Source: Callorhinchus milii (taxonomy: Eukaryota). Taken from it: a stretch of 64,000 nucleotides of DNA. The stretch covers positions 93,498,001 through 93,562,000 of the forward strand of contig NW_024704742.1 of NCBI RefSeq assembly GCF_018977255.1. The letters run 5' to 3'. Below, one piece after another: positions 12,671-25,884 of this stretch. The notes beneath the pieces were generated by a model, which was given only the letters and a program-made list of their open reading frames with translations, made no database searches and had not been told where the DNA came from. A program made the position numbers and the translations under genes. The stretch's first letter is position 1. The number at the start of each line of letters is the position of its first letter.

Positions 12671-13401
12671 AAAAAATAATAATACAAGACTCGCTCTGCA
12701 AACCTGCCCCCGTTTAAAAAGATCAGACACACACACACACACAGACAGCCTCTTGTGGGGGGTGGGGGGAGGGGGGGTTCTTGTTGAGATCTTGTAACGT
12801 TTCACAGTATTGCAGGGAAGGTGTCCCTTTTTTAAAAAAAAATTGGTATTTTTTTGCAGTGGTGTCTTCAGTGGTGCCCGATCCTCCAGAGTTGACAATA
12901 GATTGAAGATAAGAGCAGAGCAGAGAGATTGTCAGTGAAGATATCAAGGCAGAAAGTGCGGTTTATTTTGATCAGATGTTTTCAACTCTTCCCCCCCCCC
13001 CCCCCCCCCCCTCCCTCTCCCCCTCACTCACCGATTGAAGCAGCCTGGGTTGCATTTCTTACTTTTGTTTGAAATATAAAGTTGATTTCTTTGCATCACT
13101 TTCACTGTTTAACGATTTTCAGTCTCTCCCCCCCAAAAAAAGCAGATGCAATCATTACAATATTGTGACGGGTCAAGTTTGCAAGGATAAGGGGGGGGGG
13201 GGGGGTGGGTTGGAACTGCTCCATCGGGAATGTTGCACACCCTGGTAGTGGGGCTGTGCTAAATCTCCTTCAATAATAATAATAATAATAATCCTTGCAT
13301 TTGATATAGCGCTTTTCACATCGGGAGGACATCCCAAACTGACTTGGGAGCGTTTAATTTGTTTTCTCTTTTGAAAACGACACGGTGATGGCTTCTTGCA
13401 G

Positions 13402-13552
13402 GATGGGACGAGACGTGGGCGACCCAGAGCCGAGCTGATTCGGGATCTGATCAACGAGGGCGAGAACTCCCCCAGCAGAATCCGCTGCAATATCTGCAAC
13501 CGAGTGTTCCCCCGTGAGAAGTCCTTACAAGCTCATAAAAGAACCCACACTG
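13402..13552 (+). CDS. ZNF367: ZNF367 coding exon 2 (RRGRPR motif and first C2H2 finger)
   Basis: TTGCAG| DGTRRGRPRAELIRDLINEGENSPSRIRCNICNRVFPREKSLQAHKRTHT G|GTAAG; 151 nt, phase 0 to 1. Confidence 0.96.
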
Positions 13553-14891
13553 GTAAGCCACCACTCACTCACTTGTACCATGTAACTCACCTGTGGTGGT
13601 CTGTTCTGCGCCAGACTATCATTACAACCACCACCACAACAACAACAACAAACACTCGACAGCCCCCCCTCCACCAAGGAAACACATTACTTTCTTGGCT
13701 TGTTGTCGCTTGCCATTCTTGTAGCTTGTGTGTTATTTTTTTTTTCGTTTCCAATCCCCGAGTAAGACCTGACCTTTTACCAAGAGAGGCATTGCTGAAC
13801 AGCAGAGATCGCTGTATGTACAACGTGTGTCTGTCTGTCTGTCTGTCTGTCTGTCTGCACAATGACCTGATGTTTTGGAAACGGTTTGTAGAAAGCAAGA
13901 AATCCGTTGAAAACGATAAAGATGATGCTTTTTCCATGTGTTATAAATCCCCTGCTTTCCATTGTTTTCTGTTGTTTTTATAAATCCCCTGTTTGCTATT
14001 GATTTCTGATTTTTTTTAGACATTCGTTAGCACCCAGAGCACCTACTAATTCCTCCGTCTGTTTCTTTATCTGATTCTAACCACTTGGGTAATGCCACCT
14101 AGTGGTAATTTGTTAATGATCTGTTGGGTAGGATTGAGGGAGGAATGATTATTTCAGCATTATTTCTTAATTAACCAAGTTCTCAATCGTTCACTGAATA
14201 AAGTAATATTTTAAATATCTGATTTCTCTGTAATAAAACTGCTTACCCAAGGAGATTTGCTTGGATTATACTTGGAGTTGCCCAGTGAGATTATTCCATT
14301 TAGGCAAATACATTATTCATAGTGCAGAAGAACTGAATTTATATTGTTATATGACAACCTCTGCCCTTCTCCAGCTCGCCCATTAGAATTAAGATGATAC
14401 ACCAAGGGTTGATAATTCTTTTTATTTGGTTGTACATATTTTGACACCATAAGAGTACCATGCATTCAAATGGTCTGCGTTGGTCGTCTAACAGTATGCT
14501 TGATGCATCAGACTTCTATCTGCTCCAAATTTCATATGAAATGTGAACATAACAATCGTCTTCCTTCATTGCCATGTTTACATTTAATTTTGCGTGAAGT
14601 TTGCAGCAGCTGGAAGTTTTGACGTACCACAGACACAAGTAGATGACTGGTGCAGACCAAGGGAACACCATGCTGTATTATGCTGTAATAATAATGGTTA
14701 ATAAAACCTTGCATTTGATATAACACCTTTTCATGTTGTTGATGTCTCAAAAGTCCTTGCCAGGATATATTGTGAAGTGGTTTGACTCGGTCAGTTGCGC
14801 ACAGCAATGTCCCACAAACAGCCATAAAGTGAGTGAGCAATTTTATTTGGGGGGTGTTGGCCAGGACACTGGAAGAAACTTCCTTTGTAAA

Positions 14892-15910
14892 ATGTTCGGA
14901 TGGGGACAACCAATATGGTGGTGTCAACCCTCACCCCTGTATTTCGCGTCTCGATCCTCTAGTTCATGAACCTAGCATTTATATATTACTTAGTTATCTA
15001 GATCAATTCACTTTACAGCATATTCTGTGAAACGCTTTGAGACATCTAGAAGCTGTGAAAAGCGCTATATCAAATGCAAGGATTATTGTTATTATAAATT
15101 ACAGTCTCCTTCTGGCTGGCTTGCCAACTTATAAGATGTTTGGATGGAGACAACCAATATGGTGGTATAATAATTCAAAGGTTATTAAATAATACAGACA
15201 GCCAGAGAGTCGAACAAAGTAGCCTAGCTTATCCTTCTAACTGAGACCATCGATACAATAAAATCGATATTAGCCGATCCCACTGGGAAGAAGCGTTCCC
15301 AACTCCAACTATTTAAAAGTTGCTTCTTTTATGTGTTTCTAACGCTGTCTCCCATTGTCACAGAGAATGAAGCCCCTGCCCTTCGCGAGCTGCTAGTGAC
15401 CTTGAGCAGGCTGTTTGTGAAGCTAGTCATTGAATCAAACCAACCTTATAATAATAATCCTTAATAATAGTTGCATTCGATATAGTGCTTTTCACGTCTT
15501 CTGGACGTCTCAAAGCGCTTCACAGAATATACTGAAAAATGATTTGACTATTTGTGGGCGAAACGCGGCAGCCAATTGCACACAGTGGTATCCCACAAAC
15601 AGTCGTCGATCGAATGACCATATTATTATTATAACTTTTTTGAAGGATTATTATGCCCGGAAAAGTGATCCGCCAATCGACTAACAACTGGGTTCCTACT
15701 TACTGCTAGGTAAACAGAGGAATAAGGAAACTTGCCCAACATTTTGTCCTGCTGGGAATCAAACCCAGGTCTCTCGCTTGCGAGCTGAGTGCTCTAACCA
15801 CTGAGCTACAGGACTCCACAAAGGAGTATGGATAGATTGCATTGTAAAAGTATATAAAGATTAATTAAAAGCTTTTAAAAAAAATTAAGCATCACAAATA
15901 TAATCTTATA
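14892..15910 (-). mobile_element. ERV LTR/leader-like direct repeat, left copy, interrupted by SINE pieces
   Basis: Segments 14925-15008, 15098-15155, 15302-15415 and 15826-15900 recur collinearly at 17874-18502; purine-rich AAGGTGAGGAC just inside on the - strand. Confidence 0.7.
15448..15818 (-). mobile_element. tRNA-derived SINE inserted in the LTR
   Basis: Reverse complement of the TGGAGTCCTGTAGCTCAGTGGTTAGAGCAC head and of the (ATT)n tail shared with the 37935 copy. Confidence 0.85.
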
Positions 15911-17873
15911 GTCCTCACCTTGAGAGTGAGAAAATAAGATTTTCGATCTCTCACTTAACCTGTTTTTGAATCAAACTTGTCAATTCGGGGTGATCAGCCT
16001 TATTTTCATTTTGTTTCAAAGTGCACTTAACATAGCATATTAAAATAAACAATATAAAAATCATGACTTACACTATTACGAACAGCATGAGTCCGAATTG
16101 ACAATCATTCCATTTCTTGATCCTTCTGGTTCTCTTGGACATTTAATTGAATCAGAGCCACTTAGTCCCAATGAGTTGATGGTACTCGATCCCTCAGCCA
16201 CGGGCCTTGTTTTGGTTAGCACCAATAGTTCTCCAAAACGAGCAGTCTGGTGGGGGTATTGTAAACCTGTTTCTTAAGAGTTTCTTACTGTTTCTTAGAG
16301 TATTCGGTGACACATTGTCTCCTTCAGTGTTATTGATCCATATCACTTTAGTCAGGCACATTATCCACAAGCTCTCCATTTTTCTGGGAAAAAATCAAAC
16401 CGTATTTGTTACTTACGTCTTTGATTTTTTTTCTGCTATTTTTAGTTGATTAGTATGGCGCCATCTACATGCAAGTTTTTTTTTAACATTGTTGTTAAAG
16501 TTCGGTTCCCCTTTTCACAATTCCAGATGACTGGGTGATGTGATACATGCAATTTTTGTTCAATTCCCATTACTCATTGTATTTCCTTAAACACTTTTCC
16601 ACTAAAATGTGAGCCTTGATCACTGTCCACCTGTATTGGCAGTCACAATCCCCACCTTGACATCACTTCACACAACAGTATGTGTGCTACAGTGATGGCA
16701 GTGTTACTTCTACAGAGGAAGGCTTTGATCTATTTGGTAAATTTACCAATTATTACTAAACAATATTGGTATCCTGACTCAGATTTTGGCAGCGATCCAA
16801 TAAAATCAATTTGTATATGGTTCCAAGGACTGTCAGGTGGAGGAGCTCATCCCAAAAATGTTTGGTTAGTATGCAAATTGTTAGTTAGTTAATTAGTTAG
16901 TTGCAAATTGTAAGCAAATTAAGCAACTTTGATCTTGTATCATTTTCTAAGCCTGGCCACCAAGCTTTATTCAATATCCTTTGGATGGTAAGCTTTGCTG
17001 ACCAGTCAGTAGAGTGGTGTTTATGGAATATGCACTATCAGACCAGATGTTAACTTCAATACCCATAGTCATTTGTACGGCTGTAAGTAGAGCTGTCAAC
17101 TCAGCATACTGGGATGAATGAGGGTTGCGCTTAAGAGTGTCTGTCGATCAAAACGGTCAGCAAGTTTTCGATGCAGGCACAGGTAATCGACTGATGATGT
17201 CAACCTTGTGCTGGTCTGGACTACACTCCTCATCTGAGACCCTGATTCCCAGTAACCCAACAGAGATCTGCACGTGTTGTGCTTTCTTTGTGTTTACTTT
17301 TAACTCTGCCTGCTCCAGCAGCTGTAACAGTTCTTGCAGCAGTATCTGATGCTGCCAGAAATAAATCATCCACATATTGTAATAAGCACTGTGATGCAGA
17401 AAAGTCCTTGACTAGTGCAGTCATCCTCTTGTGGAATATTGTTGGAGAATTATGGAATCCCTGAGGCAAACAAGTCCACGTGTGTACTGTTGATCTTCAA
17501 ATGTAAATGCAAATTTAACAAGAATACTCCAAAATCCATTAGATATATCCAATGTGGAAAACAACTTTGCCCTCGGTGGTATTTGTGACAACAGTGTAGG
17601 AAATTCCCTCACAACAGGTGAACGCAGTTCCTGCTGCATGTGTTCGACTTTCTCCTCGCTTCTCTTCGCAAACAATGTGCCGCATACACCAACTGTGGCT
17701 AACTTCACCTTAATCCGACCTCCATCAACTTCTTTATCTAGGTGACTGACTTCTTACCTCCTTATAAGCAGGAGCATCTTTGGTCATTACCAAAACTAAT
17801 TCTTCCTTACCGGCAATCCCGGACAACTGTTTCTCGAAAGCCTTTCCATGGTCACTTTATTCTATCGGAGAGT
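15911..17873 (-). mobile_element. Decayed endogenous retrovirus internal region (RT, RNase H and integrase remnants, internally deleted)
   Basis: Minus-strand translations: RT FSTLDISNGFWS..FAFTFEDQQYT..PQGFHNSPTIF..LQYVDDL (~17160-17620); RNase H SSQYAELTAL..VNIWSDSAY (~17000-17130); integrase PWNHIQIDFIGSLP..YCLVII..FTK*IKAF..VDSDQGSHF (~16480-16850); multiple stops and frameshifts. Confidence 0.9.
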
Positions 17874-18502
17874 ATCAATCCTCACCCCTGTATCTCACGT
17901 CTCGATCGTCTAGTTCATGAACCTAGCATCTGTATATTACTTAGTTATCTAGATCAATTACAGTCTCCTCCTGGCTGGCTCGCCAATTTGTAGGATGTTC
18001 GGATGGAGACAACCTCTACGATGACTCCCAGCTATTTAAAAGTTGCATCTTTCTTTTATGTGTTTCTAACTCTGCCTCCCCTTGTCACAGAGAATAAAGC
18101 CCCTGCCCTTTGCAAGCTGCTAGTGACCTTGAACAGGCTGTTTTCCCCAGGGTAAAGAACTGATAGGGAGATGGGGATAACTTTTTGTTTTGGCAGCCTT
18201 CTCCAACCTGCACATTTCTCAACCTTGAGACAGGCAGGTGTCTGAGGCTGTTGCCTTTTCTTTCTGAGGTCCACTGTTCCTATGTCTGTCTCATGGACCT
18301 GATTGCTCATTATCTCAGAGGAGTGAACATCGTCCCAGGAAAATATTAAATTAATTGGAAGCTAGTCTCAGCCCGTCCAGCAAAGCTACGTTTAACCCCT
18401 GTGAAGCTAGTCATTAAATCAAAATGATTATGGATAGGTTACATTCTAAAATTATATAAAGATTAATTAAAAGCCTTAAAAAATATATTAAGCATCACAA
18501 AC
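17874..18502 (-). mobile_element. ERV LTR-like direct repeat, right copy
   Basis: Collinear similarity to 14892-15910; reverse-complement similarity to 45261-45590. Confidence 0.7.
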
Positions 18503-18629
18503 ACCTCTTTTTGGATAGTGCCACAACCTTCTGTCTCGAGGCAAGAGTGCGACCACTGAGCCAGGCTGACACACAAAGCCTGCTGTTAAGATGTCAAATC
18601 ACGATCTTGATGAGGATATCGAAGTTAAT

Positions 18630-19575
18630 ATATCTAAATTCGCGGAATGACACAAAACTAGGAGGAAGTGTCAACACAGAGGACGACATTAAAAAAAAAT
18701 GCAGCGAAACATAGATAGGTTAGGCGATGGGCAGGTAGGTGGCAGATGAAGTATAATCTAAGGAAGTGCGAAGTCATCCACCTGGGTAGCAAAAACAGTA
18801 GAACGGGTTATTTTTTTAGAAGGGGAGAGATTGGAATGTGTTAGTGTCCAGAGGGACTTGGGTGTCCTTGTACACCCATCACAGAAAGTTAGTCTGCAGG
18901 GGCAGCAGCAATTAGGAAGGCGAACGGTATGTTAGTATTCATTATGAAAGGATTAGAGTATAAGAGTAGGGAAGTCTTGCTGCAACTGTATAGGGCCCTG
19001 GTGAGACCACACCTGGAATACTGTGTGCAGTTTTGGTCTCCTTATTTAAGGAAGGATGTACTTGCCTTGGAGGGGCTGCAGCGTAGATTTACTTGGTTAG
19101 TACCAGGGATGAAGGGGATGAGTTACGAGGATAGGTTGACCAATTTGAGCCTATATTCTCTAGAATATAGAAGAATTAGAGGGGATTGTATAGAAACCTA
19201 TAAGATCATCAAAGGGCATGATAGAGTAGATAGTGGGAGATTGTTTCCCCTGGTTGGAGAAACTAAAACCAGGGGTCACAACATTAAAATCAGAGGCCAG
19301 CCCTTTCGCACTGAGTTGAGGAAGAATTTCTTCACTCAAAGGGTGGTGGATGTATGGAACTCACTACCCCAAAGGGCTGTTGACGCTCAGTCCTTGAACA
19401 TATTCAAGACTGAGATAGATAGATTTCTTATTGCAAAAGGGATTAAGGGATATGGGGATAAGGCAGGGTTATGTTATTAGCTGGAGTTAGATTAGAAGAT
19501 CAGCCATGATTGAATGGCGGGGCAGGCTCAAAGGGCCGAATGGCCTACTCCTGCTCCTACATGTTATGTTATGTT
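18630..19575 (+). mobile_element. CR1 LINE 3' fragment
   Basis: ORF2 C-terminus [19 protein letters not shown]...FFTQRVVDVWNSLP; 3'UTR GAATGGCCTACTCCTGCTCCT plus (ATGTT)n tail; same subfamily as 61650-63625. Confidence 0.95.
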
Positions 19576-19897
19576 AAATCATGTGAAACACAAGTAGAAA
19601 TCTCCATATCAGAACAAAGTAGATTAGCTGAGTTGGGAGATGCTAAATGCTCATGGATAATTGATATCTTGTAGTATTATTTACAGCAAGCATTTTGGGA
19701 AAGGTTTTTCAATCCTTGCTCTATCATCTTAAATGGTTGCAGCTAATTCCAATGGGCTAAATAAATATTGTGAACCTGATAACTTGTATGTCTCAACCAT
19801 TCATTAAAAAACAGAGTTCAGAGGAGCTGTGCAGCCTTATTTAGAAACAAATTGGACAACAATGGTTGACTTGCCATGTAACAAGTTTTTCCACTAA

Positions 19898-20143
<246 letters not shown>

Positions 20144-20788
20144 TAAAAAATCCTCTATATTGTCTGAATCGACAATGTGTCTGAGAGATCAAGTTTCTAT
20201 TGTGTAATGTCATGCCTCCTGTACCTCAATCTATTTGATATTTTGGGGTGGGAGCACTTTTTTGTGTTTGATGTCCTCCTGTACAAAGCATGAGTGTAAA
20301 AGGCAAATCAAATGCACAAATATTGCAGGTTGAACCATTCAGTTGTCAAAGCTACAGGGGTGAGTTACTGTATGCGGAACAAAACTATAAGCTAGGACTA
20401 TTTGATCTTAAAAAGAGAAGGGATTTTAAAGGTGTACTAGATGCTAAAACAAAGGACAAAAGTGTTTAGGTTCAGGGTTGTAAAGGGTAAGTTTAGGAGC
20501 CAGAAGCTATTTCTTTACACAGGGGTAACTGGAACAGTTTTATCAGGAAGGCCACTGAATTTGTATAGTGTGTTGCTGTTATGGGAAGATGGTATGGTGA
20601 ATGTTCTGGAAGGAGAAGATCAAATAGACTCAAGGATGAGATCAAATAATCTGCATCTCTTGTGCTTATCACATTGTTCTGAGTGTTACATTTTGTGTTT
20701 TGTTTCCATTTTTCTGAGTTAATTTTAAAAAGATCTTTTTGCCTTGGAAGAGAAATGGTGCAATTAATATTTGCTGGTTTGTGTGTAG

Positions 20789-20927
20789 GGTGTGGGAGCA
20801 GATTTACACATGCCAATCGGCATTGTGCCAAACATCCTTATGCACGTCTACGGAGAGATGAAGACTCTAACGGAGCAAGCAAAGCCCAGGTCGCAGACAA
20901 CAAGGCTGTTGCAGAGTGGCTGGCAAA
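20789..20927 (+). CDS. ZNF367: ZNF367 coding exon 4
   Basis: TGTAG| (G)CGSRFTHANRHCAKHPYARL...DNKAVAEWLA AA|GTGAGT; 139 nt, phase 1 to 2. Confidence 0.95.
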
Positions 20928-21493
20928 GTGAGTTTGTGCAGAAAAGTCTATCTTGTGAATAAGTAATCATTTTCTTGAAATAGTGTATTTTACCACTTTG
21001 TTGTTCTTCGTAGCAGGAGCTACTGAGATGTGAAACTCCTCATGGTATTAACCTACAAATACAGCTACAAAACTTAACCTGATTGCAGTTGTATTTGAGG
21101 TGCTTTGAGATGTTTCAGCGTGGTAATGTTCTCTAAAAATGCACATTATTTATTTTTTCAATTCCAAATATTTAAGAGTTAATATTTTTTCAAAAAAAGT
21201 TGACAAATGTGACATTTCATTACGGATTTGATGTAATCTTTTAATATGTTTAAACAACATAATTTCAGACTAATTCATTGGGTCTAGGTTTGAACGCCAT
21301 ACCTTAGGCACAGTGGTTTGAAAGTTGTTCGGGAGCTATTTTGGATTGACTGTTGTGAGAGGAGGAGGACAAACATATCTTTATTACCACAATTAATTGT
21401 AATGTGTAAGCGGGAATGCTCATCGGGTAGCTATTAATCCAGAAGGTGGTTTGAGTCCAAAGCCCTGACCCTGAAGGTCTTGTCCACCCACAG

Positions 21494-21734
21494 GTACTGG
21501 GAGACCCGAGAGCAGCGCTCTCCTCCCACAAAGAGTGGGGGGCAGAAGGCTGACCAGGAGCAGCAGGATCCCCTAGAGTTCATGCAGTCTGATGAAGACG
21601 AGGAGGAGGAGGAGGAGAAGAACGGTCCACATGCTGCAGCACGGAGGCGTTTGCAGGAGCAAAGAGAGCGCTTGCATGGCGCCCTGGCCCTCATTGAGTT
21701 GGCGAACTTGACAGAAGCACAGCTCCGCCAGTAA
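21494..21734 (+). CDS. ZNF367: ZNF367 coding exon 5 (to TAA stop)
   Basis: CACAG| (K)YWETREQR...acidic run...RRRLQEQRERLHGALALIELANL; spliced CDS totals 894 nt = 297 aa plus stop, frame intact. Confidence 0.95.
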
Positions 21735-24700
21735 ATTGCAATACAATGTGTGTATTTTACATATTAAAAAAAACCGAACCACCCGGGGACCCATATTCTC
21801 ATAGGTCCACCGGACGGGTGGAAATGCACCTTATATTTGCTTTTAATAGGCTGCTATTATGTAGAAATTAAGATGATGAATGTTGTTGCCCTTGCTTAAA
21901 GGAGCACAAGTGTAATGCACTTTTTGTTTATGTAAAGTTTTAGTTTTGTAAATATTGCAAAGCTTTTGAAGGATTGAAGTAATGCTAGGGCAGGATCTCG
22001 AGGCTGCAGGTGCTGAAGTCTAGGTCCAGCAGGAATGCTGAACTCTCAATGGCCTTGGGACTGGGGGGTGGGGGGGGTGTAGGTAGGTGGATGAGAAGGA
22101 GCTCGTGATATAAATCCACCACATTGGAATGTAAGGCGAGCAGAGCCTTTCTGAGCTCTTACTTGGAGATTATCTTTTTGGTTGATCTTTAGCATACAGT
22201 TTTCACAGGTGATGTGTGCAGACCAAATCCCTGGTGTCAGTGTGTCCCAATATTAGTAAAAGCTGCCAGGTCCTGTGATTTCTCCGCCCCTCTTCAATAA
22301 TGTGTCAATAAAGGCAAAGCTGCTAGAAATATGTTGCTTGAACCATCACTTGGACTTTACGACGATTCTTCTTGGGAAATGCACAAATTTCAGCATAAGA
22401 GCTTTAATGCATAAACCAAGACCCTTGCAGTGGAGTTGAGCTAATTTATGCAGGGTTAATATCGAACCATTAACACTTTTTCATAGGAAAATAGGCTTGA
22501 CTGTTTACTATTGATTGGATGGAGCTCATCGCCCAGCATTACATGCGTACAAGTGATATTGACACATAATTGAAGGGAGGAGTGGACTTACAGTAACCTT
22601 GTCCCATGCAGAGGAGTCATTCCATTTGAAACAAATGCTTCCCTTTGAATGGCTGGTTATTCACTGACATCAGTTGGGACTGGGATAGGCAGTTCTTGTC
22701 TAATCTGTAGGTGACGTATGCTGGCTCTCAGAGGCACAGAAAATACCGAAATGTAGTGCTCAAGTGAAACTTCAGCTAGGCATGAAAATATTAGCACTAG
22801 GTTTGTTCTTATAGCACTTGCGCACAGGAGCCCGTTTAAAGACTCCTGTGCTAGATTTGTGGACCAGTTGCACCTTGTGTTTATATTAAAAAAAAGCAAC
22901 TTGCATTCCATCAAATGGAGCTAAGCAGACTTGTGAGACCTGTAAGCTTGATGTGTTCAAGGCAGGTTTTAGTGGTTTGGGAACCCTACCAGAGATATGC
23001 AGCACTTGTAAATTTTAGTTAGGTTTGAACTGGGTGATTTGGTGATGGAAGAAGTTTTGTTGAATTTCTTGTTGGCAACACTAAATTGTATTGGTAGTGT
23101 ATTGTAGACATTATATTGCAGTAGACTGAAGTTTTATAGCTTGCAGTTATTGCTTTGTTGCAATTTAAAGTCAAAAAGTCCTTTTTTACTTTGTCGGACA
23201 GCTTCTGTTTGTTTTCCATAATCCAATATTTTCTGCATCTTTTCATTGTTAAGTTTTTGTTAAATCACAACATATCTATAGCATGAAGTTTTACTTTTTA
23301 AAAAAAATTCTGTAGGTTGACCGTACCATTACAAGCTTGAAGTGCAGTCAGTCACAGTTGATACTTAACAGCCTGTTTTACACTTATATAGTCACAGCAT
23401 TGACTAATGCAAACTGAGATGCAACAGTTACTCACTTTCTAAAAGAGAAGCAGTCGATCATTGGAATGTCCAGACAGACGTAAGGGATTTAATACTTTTT
23501 TTAAAAAAAAATATGAATATATATCAAAGCCTACCAAGCCAGTCAGTTTCTATTCAATACTTTTACTTCCATCAGTCTACTAGGTTTTGCATAATACAAT
23601 TGTATTTATTTTAAGATACAGGTTTAAATTGGATATAATTTGATGTGTGACTGACTCCTTTGAGCTATGTTGCTGTAGAAGGTGTTGATTTTTTGCATGG
23701 AGCTGCATGAACCCATTTTCTTTTGGAACATGAAAATGCTAAGAGCCATGCAAATGATCTGCTCCCAGCACCTGGTCAGCTGCTCTGCAAAGATCACCTC
23801 AGTCAAAGGATCGTTCTAAATTGCAAATGATCCAACCTTTGCCTGGGAGCAGTGTTCAACCGGACATCATGCTTCTCATCATGCCCATAGAGGTGACTTG
23901 AGAGCAGTCGCACAAAAAGTTGCCATTCTAATTTAATAATTTTATTGGGGAATTCATTTTTAAATTTTGAGAAAAATTTGTGTCTTGTAGTAGTTATACC
24001 TCAACTGTGTGTATATGTGTGTGATGGGGGTGGGGGGGTAGAGCGAGGGCAGGAGAAAGAGAAAGCGTAAGTTTGACATGAGTGACTGAGGGGTTGGTGT
24101 GTTGCAATTAGTTTTATGTTTTGTGTGTTCTGGATTTGTGAAATTCATTTGTCACTAATTCTAAATCAGGCAGATTTATGAGATGAAATAAAATCTTGTA
24201 ACCAAGTTATTGCTGATATCACTGACTGTTCGGAGTCTATCTGTCGCCTCTCCTTTGGGCTAATACAATACTGGATTTGTCTATTATTCCAATTAATTTC
24301 CCTGCTTTGATTTTGCTCAGCAGTATTTGGGTTTTTCATATCCTGAACAGGGGGAGGGTGACAGAGGAGGAAGGTGGCATTGTTTTGGATCTCATCTGAA
24401 ACAAAACAGCGTAAATGGCACTTAGTACATAAAGTGCATCTCCTCCAGGGATGTATTGAGAATGCAACTGTGAGATGTTCAATTGGAGTTGCGTTCTTGT
24501 TGAGGCAGATGGGTGGAGCAACTACCAGTAGGAGCACTTTTATGTCCTGTGATGCTTATTCCAGCAAGGCACCATTTATGGAGCTATTTTCCTGATGGGC
24601 TTCTAACCGTCAATAACAGGTTCCTTGAGGACACAGTGGCCTGGAGTAACTACCCACCTCTATTGGCCTCCAGTCTTCTAATAACCAATCTGAGATCCAG

Positions 24701-25560
24701 ATCTTGCCACTCAATTCCTCCGAAACATCTTTAGCTGAAAAAATAACTTTCCAGTTCGAGGGTAATGATATTAGTCCCACCTTTAGAACAGTCAGTGAAT
24801 TACTGTAACTTGGAGGAATTGAATTGAATTTGCAAAGTTGCATTTTGGGGGGATTTATTTTCAGGAGCGCTTTAAAGTTTTGGGTAAGGTGATTGCGTGA
24901 GCACTGCTGCTTTTCAAAGGTACATTCTCTGCTGCACTTCTGAATTTACAAAGGGTTGTGTGGGCTTGCTTTCTTCATTAACTGTTATTGTGTTGACTTA
25001 AAATTCCATTGTTCAAAGTAAATTTGTATTTACTAAGTTAATGTAAAAGGGAATGTTTAGACAGAAGATAGCCTTATTTGATTTTTTTAAAAATTATGAA
25101 ACAGTCATTTTTGGACAGGTTAGTTCAACATTTGGAAGAGATTTAAAAGTGCTTTGATTCAGAAGCATCGTTCCAGGCTGTATAAAAGCACTTACGCTTT
25201 GCACTTGAGTTATGCACAGATGATCTTTTTCTGTTGCAATGTTTTTAGTTTGGATTTCTGAAACTTTTATTTTGATGTCATTTTTAGAAGGCAACTTTTT
25301 TTAAAAGACTTTTATGCACTCACTAGCTTGAAGCTGAGATGGAAATTTTGTTTTTAAATTTGTTTTTTTCTCTCCCCACCCCACCTGAGTTTTACTTCTC
25401 CTTCCTGTGGCTGCTTTTCAAACTGTAAAGGTACTTGGGAGTAGAGACGGTCACCTGTTTAAATCTGCTTCATTCAAAAAAATAAGCACTCTAATAATTC
25501 TGACATTTTAATATTCAGTACTCTAAATAAATATCTGTAGTTGTACAAAATTGGTCGCTC
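21735..25560 (+). other. ZNF367: Putative long ZNF367 3'UTR ending near AATAAA 25526-25531
   Basis: 3.8 kb with no recognisable retroelement, AU-rich; AATAAA followed by a U-rich tract; other AATAAA candidates at ~22307 and ~25708, so the end is uncertain. Confidence 0.5.
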
Positions 25561-25884
25561 TTTTCTTTAGTCTGACACAATAACTTGCATTTACAAAGTG
25601 GCTCTTGTGAAAAATCTCAAAGTACAGTGCTTTACAAAATAACTGGTTAGAGATCAAAGTTAGTGATTATACAGGCATACATGGCAACCTATCATGCAGC
25701 AATGTCCAATAAACAACTGAGTTGAATTGATACAATGACTTAAATACAATAATCCAAAATTAAAAATAAATAATCTAAAGTTATGGCACTTGTTATGAAT
25801 AAAAACCAGTTTACGCTGTAGTCTGTCCTTTGAACCTTATAATGGGCCAAATAGCATCCAAATGGAAATTTGTCAATTCTACAT

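Noticed and set aside
11116..12947. His/Pro/Thr- and Val/Cys/Gly-rich ORFs
   Set aside because: Translations of microsatellite and low-complexity intron sequence
14893..14915. Primer-binding site (TGGTTGTCCCCATCCGAAC on the - strand)
   Set aside because: GTTCG-to-CCA spacing is 19 nt rather than the ~24 nt of a tRNA 3' end; not assignable
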